Of a stretch of DNA of 64,000 nucleotides, positions 54,677-64,000 are shown piece by piece (position 1 is the first letter of the stretch; each line of letters opens with the position of its first letter). The translations under genes and the position numbers were made by a program. The DNA comes from Octopus vulgaris (lineage: Eukaryota): NCBI GenBank assembly GCA_951406725.2, contig OX597826.1, forward strand, positions 49,476,001-49,540,000, written 5' to 3'. Below the pieces are notes generated by a model. The model saw only the letters and a program-made list of their open reading frames with translations. It searched no databases and was not told the DNA's origin.

Positions 54677-55301
54677 AAAGACCCCCTTCAGTCATGAATG
54701 ACAATGAGATTGCACCTAGAGTATCTTTCTCTGGGGCACAAGTCCTGACAAGGTTGTTTATGGAAGACCAGCAGTCATCCATGCATACCAACCTCTGCTC
54801 TCCACACCATTATGTACATAGAGTAAAAGGGTAATGACCCCTTTCGATTAGAAATGGCTATGGGATTTGCATCTAGAAAGTTACCCTCCGTGGCACAAGT
54901 CCTGGCAAGGTTGTTTACGGAAGACTAGCAGTCATCCATGCATACCAGCCTCTCCCTCTCCACGCCAGTATATGTACATAGGGTAAAAGGGTAATGACCC
55001 CCTTCGATTAGAAATGGCCATGGGATTGCACCTAGAAAGTTAGCCTCCGTGGCACAAGTCCTGGCAAGGTTGTTTACGGAAGACCAGCAGTCATCCATGC
55101 ATACCAGCCTCTCCCTATCCGTGCCACTGATGTTACCCAAAGGAAAGGCAAAGGATGGTTCAGCTTGGCACCAGTGAGGGATCTGCAGCAACGTGAAATA
55201 AAGTGTCTTGCCCAAGAGCATAACACACAGCCCCGTCTGGGAATCGAACTTACTACCTCATGATTGTGAGCTCGACGTTCTAACCACTGAGTCATGCACC
55301 T
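54677..55301 (-). mobile_element. CORE-type SINE with tail F, tail present three times in tandem
   Basis: tRNA-like head and partial CORE at 55185-55301; gaagac.agcagtcatccatgcatacca repeats at about 160-bp spacing. Confidence 0.8.
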
Positions 55302-55454
55302 ATTGTCATAGTTGTAATTACTGTTCTTATTGTAGTTATTGTTGTTGTTATTGATGTTGTTGGTGGTGTTGATGTTTGAATGTATTGCAGTGGTTTCGTA
55401 ATTCATTGCTGCTGTATTTATCGTTGTAATTGTTATCGTTGTAGCTATTGTTGT

Positions 55455-55765
55455 TGTGGAGGCGCAATGGCCCAGTGGTTAGGGCAGCGGACTCGCGGTC
55501 AGAGGATCGCGGTTTCGGTTCCCAGACCGGGCATTGTGTATGTTTATTGAGCGAAAACACCTAAAGTTCCACGAGGCTCCGGCAGGGGTGGTGGCGACCC
55601 CTGTTGTACTCTTTCGCCCCAAATTTCACTCACTCTTTCTTCCTGTTTCTTGAGTAACGCTGCGATGGACTGGCGTCCCGTCCAGCTGGGGGGAACAAAT
55701 ACGCCACAGAAACCGGGAGACAAGCCCATGAGCCTGGCTAGGCTTGAAAAGGACGCATAAAAATA
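55455..55765 (+). mobile_element. SINE with head B and tail C
   Basis: Head as in 63330-63520(-); tail tgagtaacgctgcgatgga.tgg.gtcccgtccagctgggg...cccatgagcctggctaggctt as in 15382-15480. Confidence 0.9.
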
Positions 55766-55857
55766 TATTGTGGTTGTTATTGTCGATGTAGCAGTAATTA
55801 GCTGGTGGTTACTGTTGTCGCTATTGTGTCTCAGTAATTGTTGTTCTTGTACTTTCT

Positions 55858-55893
<36 letters not shown>

Positions 55894-56229
55894 ACAGCAG
55901 GAGTAGCAGCAACAGTAGTAGTAGTAGTAGTTGAAGCTCTTGCTTTTACTTGCTGATCCTGGGAGAAAGCACAGAGCCCATAAGCTTTGCAGGTTCACCA
56001 AGGCCAGTGGTCTTAATGCCATTAACGTTCCATTTAAACTGTTGACTTTCATGAACAGAGTTGGGGGAGATTCCAGAGGGATCGATGTTGTTTGGAGAGG
56101 AAGGACTTGTTTTTTTGTTTTTTTTCTAATGACTGATGCAGTGTAGAGTGAGTGGACACAAGGAAGGACTGATGCAGTGTAGAGTGAGTGGACTCAAGGA
56201 AGGTGATGAAGAATGGGCATGTGGTAGAT

Positions 56230-56360
56230 GTTCTACTCATTTTTACCAGCTGAGTGGACTGGAGCAACGTGAAATGAAGTGACAGAAACGCACCACAGGA
56301 ATCGAACTTACAACTTTACGGTCATGAGCGTATTACTCTAACCACTAAGCTACGCGCCTT
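56230..56360 (-). mobile_element. Partial CORE-SINE
   Basis: actcatttttaccagctgagtggactggagcaacgtgaaatgaagtg...ctaaccactaagc. Confidence 0.75.
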
Positions 56361-56699
56361 GACACAACCGAAAGCACAATTATCAACATGAAGCACAAGG
56401 CACTATTCATTTCCTTCATTCCCCAATCACTCTCTCCCACCTTTTACTCTCTCTCTCTTTCTCTTACCACTCTCTTCTTCACTTCTCTCTCACCACCATT
56501 TTCACCCCTTCCTCTCTCTCTTTTCTCCTCCTTCCCGCTCATTACTCTCTCCTCCTCTCTTTCCTTACTTCTCTCTTACCATTCTCTATCCATCCTCTCT
56601 CTTCCAGCTGTCTCCATTCTCCAACCCTATTCACCCCACCTGATTTCGTCTTTTCTCTTCAATCATTCTTTATTAAAGATGCTATTAAACGACTGTCAC

Positions 56700-57168
56700 T
56701 GCAGCTGGCAAAATCGTTACCGCAGCAGACAACAGGCTTAGCGGCACATCTTCTAGCTTTATATCCTAAGATCAAATGCCGCCAAGATCGACTTAGCTTT
56801 CCTCCTCTTGAGATCGATAAAATAAATACCCCAGCAGACAACAGGCTTAGCGGCACATCTAGCTTTATATTCTAAGATCAAATGCCGCCAAGATCGACTT
56901 AGCTTTCCTCCTCTTGAGATCGATAAAATAAATACCCCAGCAGACAAAAGGCTTAGCGGCACATCTAGCTTTATATTCTAAGATCAAATGCCGCCAAGAT
57001 CGACTTAGCTTTCATCCTCCTGAGATCGATAAAATAAATACCCCAGCAGACAAAAGGCTTAGCAGCACAACTAGATTTATATTCCGGGTTCAAATGCAGC
57101 CAAGATCGACTTAGCTTTCATCCTCCTGAGATCGATAAAATAAAAACGTCATACACTGGGGTCGATGT
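56700..57168 (+). repeat. Tandem array of 4 x about 106 bp derived from the interior of a SINE G
   Basis: Units start at 56723, 56832, 56938 and 57044; G head precedes and G continuation (actggggtcgatgt) follows. Confidence 0.88.
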
Positions 57169-57599
57169 TGTGCCAATAGTAGGACATGTGCGTGTTGCTG
57201 TTGTGTAATCGTTGGTGTTGTTATTATTTTTACTAATGCTACTATCATTATTTTCATTGATATTGTACTGCTATTGTTGCCACAGTTACTAGCGTTGTAG
57301 TTGTAGTTGTTTGTACCTGCTGTTGTTGTTGTTGTTGTTGCTGCTGCTGCTGTCATCGTCGTTATACACAAGATGGAAGATCGTCTTCTTTCCACAACGA
57401 CCATCAGTTAAATATTGAGTATCAAAACTGACTTCATAAATAGAAGTCTGCTCGGCTCCCAACAACCAAACATGGCTACCAGAACACAATCTGATCCTGT
57501 ACTGAATGGCAGCTTAGCTGGTTGGTTGGCTGGTTGGCTGGTTGGCTGGTTGGCTGGATAGATAGCAGCTCTTCTTTTACTTTTTCCTTTTCGTCATCG

Positions 57600-58095
57600 T
57601 TGTCTTCTTCTTCTCCTTCTTCTTCTTCTTCTTCTTCTTCTTCTTCTTCTTCTTCTTCTTCTTCTTCTTCTTCTTCTTCTTCTTCTTCTTCTTTCTACCT
57701 CATCCTTTTCCTCCTTCCCAACCTCTTTCCTTATCTTCTCCTCCCCTATCATCTTCTTCCCTTTCTTCCACGTCTTCTTCCTCCTCATCATCTTCTTCTT
57801 ATCCTCTCTCTATCTCTTCCTTTTCCTCCTTCTCCACCTCCTTGTTTTCTCCTACACTATCATCGTCTTCCCTTTCTTCCACGTCTTCTTCTTCGTTTTC
57901 TTTTCTTTTCCTTTACCATCACGCTCTTTCTCTTCTTCCACTTCATTGTTTTCGCCTCCTCCCCTTCTTCTTCTTCTTCTTCTTCTTCTTCTTCTTCTTC
58001 TTCTTCTTCTTCTTCTTCTTCTTCTTCTTCTTTCTTTCTTTCTTTCTCTTTTCTCGCTATCATCCTTCTTCATTTCTTCCTCCTCCTCTCTTTCA
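57600..58095. repeat. (TTC)n/polypyrimidine tract
   Basis: Seen directly. Confidence 0.9.
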
Positions 58096-58819
58096 CCCTG
58101 ACGAATACACCAGCAACACATCCTAGCCGTGCCTAACAAGAAGACATCAGGTAATAAATATATTCGTTGCTATCGGTGAGATATTTATACTCCTACAGCC
58201 ACTCATTCATTCACCCCTTCTGCCCCACCCACACTCCCCGTCTGGCATAATCATACACACTTGCACTCTCTCACACACAGACGTATCTTTATACTCACAC
58301 TCACATTGCATTCACCATATATAATACAGTTCTAACACACACATACCTTACGTACGCATATCACTCAATGCAATTTACATAGATATATCAACGCCATCTG
58401 TGAAATAAAACATTTCAGGGTATCATTTGAACGCATACACAGATATACATACACATGTACAGATTCACAAACATAGATACGAACACAAACACACACGTAT
58501 ACGAATGTATGTACATACAGATGCGTACACACGCATGTTTGTTTTTATATACAAGACACTTACAATGACTACGGAGAATAATATATCTGCGCAATATTTT
58601 ATTTTTACAGTCAATAAACCAGCATATTTCATTCAAATCAGTTCGACATACGTTTCTGCGGCAGAGACATCTCACGATTGCATTTGCAACCAGTTTCATT
58701 CATCTACTTAAGAGTTTATGCAGCTTCATTCAAGGTTTAGCCACTGTCGCAGTTTGAAGCAAACTAAGACAATGTTAGCTTAGCTAGCATTATATTTGTA
58801 AGGGGACTATAATTTTTGA

Positions 58820-59056
58820 GTGAAAAGGCGGCGAGCTGGCAGAAATGTTAGCGCACCGGGCGAAATGCTTAGCGGTATACCGTCTGCCGTTACGTTCTGA
58901 GTTCAAATTCCGCCGAGGTCGACTTTGCCTTTCATCCTTTCGGGATCGATAAATAAAGTACCAGTTACGCACTGGGGTCGATGTAATCGACTTAATCCGT
59001 TTGTCTATCCTTGTTTGTCTCCTCTATGTTTAGCCCCTTGTGGGCAACAAAGAAAT
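58820..59056 (+). mobile_element. SINE family G, full length
   Basis: Close match to 2821-3057; tataattttt on both sides. Confidence 0.9.
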
Positions 59057-59488
59057 ATATAATTTTTTAATATATTTCAACCACTAGCCTTAAATGAATT
59101 ATAAATTAGTGAATTTCAGAGATATAGGTGTACAAATACGAATCACTCAGTCAGATACATATATATATACACATGCACACACACATAACATATATATAGA
59201 ATAATGAAGAAGTAAATGGTATAGTTATCCACTTTATACAGCACAGCCAATTAGCACTCTAATGGACCTTCAGGAATATAAAATTAAGAGAGAAACAAAT
59301 TTCAAAGGTCTGTCTTCATATTCATTCAATTCATTTCAAACTGTCGAACATTTTCCACAATATACATAGATGCGTTCACAAATATGAGACATGATAAACA
59401 TTCATAAGAATTTACAAATATATAAATATACGACGATTTATAAATATATAAATACACACACACACACAAATATATATCTATATCTATG

Positions 59489-59541
<53 letters not shown>

Positions 59542-59709
59542 CAGCAAAACAATTTAGATTCAAAAGAATATGGTACTTAACTTAGATGCACCAGAATTTT
59601 TTTATGGTATTAACCATAAAATTATGTGGGGTGATTGTAACCAAGAAGAAAGCAACAAGAAAGCAACAAGAACTAAACTACCGATCCATTCTTGTTGCTT
59701 TCTTCTTGG

Positions 59710-59767
<58 letters not shown>

Positions 59768-60150
59768 CCATTATGTTTTCAGAGAAAATAGACTAAACAT
59801 ATAGTGGCAATTAATCTAAACACCAGCATGAAGGGAAAGACTCTCTGATTTTCCTGAGTCAAGAAAGCACCTATAGATACCTGTTTCCTCCTCAACGTCA
59901 TCAGCTCAACAGCATGAGATATTAAGACACATGCAAAGACAGTAGATAAATGAAGTGGAAATGAACCAAGTGAAATTATTCAGAGTGGCCAGTGCTATAA
60001 AGTTAATCAGCAAAAAAGAAGAACGTTATATAAAGTCCTATTCAATATAAATTCTTGATTTATCAAAATTACCTTCGCTTCGAAGAGAAGAATCGCCAGA
60101 TGGCATATTTATGTGAGTGTGTGTGAATTGAGGGACAGAGAGGGAAAGAG

Positions 60151-60191
<41 letters not shown>

Positions 60192-60573
60192 GACAACTGT
60201 AACTGTATATGTATAGGTGTGTATGTGTACAAGTGCGAGCGTGTCAATGCCCGTATATGTGTGTTTGTGTGTCTGTATGTATGCATGAATGTATGCATAT
60301 ATGCTTGTATGCGAAACCTAATTAGCAGTTGATCTAGCAAGAGGAGCTTCATTTCAGTGAAGGAGGCCAGTGCGCAATGATTTGTCGAGAGCTGATGACC
60401 CCATAAACTTACTAACATCCGGTATGCAGAGCTTTCAACTGGTAGCACTTGCATCTGCAAATTGTTTAACAAAATTATATAAAAATTTTTTAATTTCTCT
60501 CTCTCTCCCCCTCTCTCTCTGTCTCTCCCTCTCTCTCTCTCTACATATATATATATATATATATACACACACA

Positions 60574-60621
<48 letters not shown>

Positions 60622-60632
60622 TACATACATAC

Positions 60633-60757
60633 ACTCACAAGGCTTTGGTTGGCCCGAGGCTATAGTAGAAGACACTTGCCCAAGGTGCCATACAGTGCGA
60701 CTGAACCCGGAACCATGTGGTTGATAAGCAAGCTCTTTACCACACAGCCACTCCTGC

Positions 60758-60760
<3 letters not shown>
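60633..60760 (-). mobile_element. SINE A 5' part
   Basis: actcacaaggctttgg...ccacacagccactcctgcg. Confidence 0.85.
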
Positions 60761-60820
<60 letters not shown>

Positions 60821-60849
60821 GAAGAGAGAGAGAGAAGATGGGTGAAAAG

Positions 60850-61751
60850 ATGGGTGAAAAGTAACTAAGCATTAGAAATTGCTTGTAGAATTTTTAGTAT
60901 CACTGAAATCATGACGAAAACATTTATTTATACACAGCAATAATGGGGATATTTTACTTTCTTATTTCTTATTTCCTATTTTCCAGCTGACCGGTTGCTT
61001 AACTGTTCAGGAGCGAGCTAAAATAGCAGCTCGCTATGAAGAGTGGAATTCCATTGTTTTGGTTCAGAGATGGTGGCGTGCATAGAAAGGTAAGCATGCA
61101 ATACTACGTCCAGAGACATTAAAAAGATTAGTTTTTATGCGAAGCTGATGACCAAGGACTGTGTGAACGATGCAAGAAGTGGTTGTCCAACCACATCCCG
61201 AGAACGTGGCAACAGTGCAGGAAATGTTTAATCGCAGCCAGCAAAAATCAACACGTCAAGCAGCTCGTGAAAGTGGATTGAGAAGACACACAATACGTAC
61301 AGTGTTGCATAAAGAATTGAATTTTCGCCGCCCGTGGAAACCCCATTACACATAGCACCTAAAACTTCAAGACTGTAACCGGAGAAGTCCAGAACTCCAG
61401 AACTCCAGAGCTCCAAGAAGTCCAGATCTCACTTAATGTGATTTTTACCTGTGGGGTTACACAAAAGAGGTGCACAAGACAAAACCTCGCACACTGGAGG
61501 ACTTGGAGACACGGATTTAAGGAGGTTTTTAATGATATCCCGGACGACGTCCTTCAGAAGGTTGTTCATTCCATCCCTGGCCGTTTGAGGAAACTGGTTG
61601 ACGCCACCGGTGCTTACGTTGAAATATGAAGATTTACTTTCATTTTCCCATTTAATAAAGAACATGCATCATTTGTTTCAATAAATTTGTAAAAGGAATA
61701 TGGATTCTATTACCAGTTTTTAATGCCTACTTACTTTTCGCACACCGTGTA
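60850..61751 (+). mobile_element. Tc1/mariner-superfamily (rosa/DD41D-like) element, internally deleted
   Basis: LTVQERAKIAARYE...VQRWWR, ENVATVQEMFNRSQQKSTRQAARESG, PRSPDLT.CDFYLWG, GRLRKLVDATGAYVEI; 3' TIR cctacttacttttcgcacaccgtgta with a decayed 5' counterpart. Confidence 0.8.
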
Positions 61752-61785
<34 letters not shown>

Positions 61786-62032
61786 CATACATACATACAT
61801 AATACAAACATGCATACATACATACATACATACATACATACATACATACATACATACATACATACATACATACGTACATACATACAAACATGCATACATA
61901 CATACATACATTCATACATACATACATACATACATACATACATACATACATACATACATACATACATACATACGTACATGCATGCATACATACATACATA
62001 CATACATACATACATACATACGTACATACATT

Positions 62033-62063
<31 letters not shown>

Positions 62064-62307
62064 TCATACATACATACATACATACATACATACATTCATA
62101 CATACATACATACATACATACATACATACATACATACATACATACATACATACATACATACATACATACATACATACATACATACATACATACATACATA
62201 CATACATACATACATACTCCCTCCCTTCCTGAGCGTCCAATAACACTAGACTTGTTCCACGTCCTCGCGTTGTTGTTTTCTCTATGTGCTTTCATGTTTG
62301 GATTAAC

Positions 62308-62339
<32 letters not shown>

Positions 62340-62423
62340 CATACATACATACATACATACATACATACATACATACATACATACATACATACATACATAC
62401 ATACATACATACATACATACATA
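61750..62423. repeat. Very long (CATA)n tract interrupted by a Penelope-type scrap (62220-62312)
   Basis: Seen directly; the scrap matches 757-841. Confidence 0.9.
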
Positions 62424-63135
62424 CTGCAGTTGTTGACTTGTAATTCCTACAATGCCGTACCTTTCAGTATATGCAAATTACCGAAACTTTTTCGTGTGAC
62501 TGCTCAATATCGTAGCCAATATAATTTCTATAGAGTTATTCAAATATTTTTCCAGTTATTTATTTACTGTGAAACAATACAATGTAAACAAGCAACCATT
62601 ACGACAAAAGCCTAATGAAAATTAATGAAAGTTAATTATTGTCTGTTATGTCTAGTACCCACGGGTGGGGAAAGAAATATTAATACTTATCACATGTTTG
62701 CTATTTATAGTATATTTCCGTCGATCTACAGAAAACGCCACCCGTTTCGTCATATCGCATAAAATTTACGATGGCCTTCACTACTATATATAGCGGACAT
62801 TTGTTTAATATTCCGTTTCTCTTCCAGACTGATGAGTGCGGTAGACGTAGGAAAGATTAATTAATTTGTCAAGCGGAATTTTAATTAGGTATATATCTTA
62901 ATATCTGTGGGTAGAGCAGGTGTTGTTCTTCAGTATATTTATATGTAAAACTGCTTACATACAGACACATATACATACACATACACAAGTATATACACAT
63001 GCATAACAAAAACACGCGCGTATATACAGGTACGTTTGAATTAACAATCATTATTGTAGAGTTTATTCATTTGTTAAAAGCTAAGCTTGTCGTTGCCGAG
63101 TTGCACAAAGGTTGCATACATGCAAACGTACATAA

Positions 63136-63520
63136 TCTGGCGCTCCGTCGGTTACGACGACGAGGGCTCCAGTTGATCCGATCAACGGAACAGCCTGCTC
63201 GTGCAATTAACGTGCAAGCGGCTGAGCACTCCGCAGACACGTGTATCCTTAACGTAGTTCTCGGGGAGATTCAGCGTGACACAGAGTGTGACAAGGCTGG
63301 CCCTTTGAAATACAGGTACAACAGAAACAGGAAGAAGGAGTGAGAGAAAGTTGTGGTGAATGAGTACAGCAGGGTTCACCACCACCCCCTGCTGGAGCCT
63401 CGTGGAGTTTTAGGTGTTTTCGCTCAATAAATACTCGCAACGCCCGGTCTGGGAATCGAAACCGCGATCCTACGACCGCGAGTCCGCTGCCTTAACCACT
63501 GGGCCATTGCGCCTCCACAT
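63136..63520 (-). mobile_element. SINE with head B and tail D (OR1-like)
   Basis: tRNA-like head tggcccagtggttaagg...ggtttcgattccc; tail shared with 30939-31122; flanks acgtacataa / acgtacatta. Confidence 0.9.
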
Positions 63521-63860
63521 ACGTACATTAAGGCTGCCCCCTCGTTATCGAGTATGGCCATTGCACGAAGCTTAACTGTTACTGGTGTTGTGTTCGAATG
63601 TGACTTTTTAGCCCAGCTAAAGATCTACAATGTCTTGTACAAAATTGGCAACTAAAACCTTTACTGGTAATAGCCGGCTGTAGTTGTAACTGGGCTTCAT
63701 GTACCTTTGCATGTCGTTTAAGTCCTTCTGCCGAATTACACTCTCTTCCACATGCCCGACAGATATGATTAGTATGGTGTGTTACACCACCACCAGTGGT
63801 CAGGTTGTCACTCATCTGTCTCGTTTTATGACTACGAAGATGACTCATGAGTCACATACA
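63521..63860 (-). mobile_element. RTE-type LINE 3' end encoding tandem C2H2 zinc fingers
   Basis: SHLRSH...CRACGRECNSAEGLKRHAKVH...CQFCTRHCRSLAGLKSHIRTQH-stop, short UTR with ctcg-ataa-cgag hairpin; parallels the C-terminus of the RTE at 10790-11300. Confidence 0.75.
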
Positions 63861-63877
63861 TCATATACATACGTACA

Positions 63878-63909
<32 letters not shown>

Positions 63910-63939
63910 CATACATACATACATACATACATACATACA

Positions 63940-63972
<33 letters not shown>

Positions 63973-64000
63973 GTGTGTGAGTGGGTGTGCATGCATGTAT

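Noticed and set aside
55945-56110. WNVNGI motif on the minus strand suggesting an APE endonuclease start
   Set aside because: One short motif, with no clear downstream LQE or other APE motifs in frame
56723-57143. CRISPR-like regular repeat
   Set aside because: Whole units repeat with no unique spacers, they derive from a SINE, and the context is eukaryotic with no cas genes
57522-58139. Ser-, Arg- and Glu-rich ORFs
   Set aside because: (TTC)n tract
58127-58150. Possible 24-nt micro-exon (ag|ccgtgcctaacaagaagacatcag|gtaata)
   Set aside because: Weak acceptor context; such AG/GT pairs are common by chance without transcript data
59638-59712. 24-bp inverted repeat as a miRNA-like hairpin
   Set aside because: Low-complexity arms beside (TA)n; more likely a repeat-end fold-back

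Overview
Eukaryotic, AT-rich DNA saturated with microsatellites, with no convincing host protein-coding gene. It reads as intronic or intergenic. The repeat families (tRNA-headed SINEs resembling the octopus OK/OR1/OR2 types, including a CORE-domain SINE) point to an Octopus-like coleoid cephalopod; this is recognition from memory, not a database result. Almost all ORFs in the track are translations of (TA)n, (CA)n, (CATA)n or triplet repeats. The real coding remnants all come from transposons: a young 5'-truncated CR1-group LINE with an open RT frame (27827-29236), RTE LINEs with C-terminal C2H2 fingers, a Penelope-like RT, an R4/Dong-type element and three Tc1/mariner relics. A non-autonomous Helitron, hAT and mariner MITEs and dozens of SINEs are also present. 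The most notable signals are: (1) SINEs assembled combinatorially from heads and tails, one tail being the CR1 LINE 3' end with a covarying hairpin; (2) an R4-like retroelement apparently tied to (CATA)n; (3) three different SINE pieces at the same spot in three copies of one hAT MITE; (4) minimal hammerhead-ribozyme motifs in Penelope-type repeats, twice at head-to-head GCTAG junctions; (5) locally templated inverted insertions. Family labels A, B, C, D, E, F and G are my own working names.
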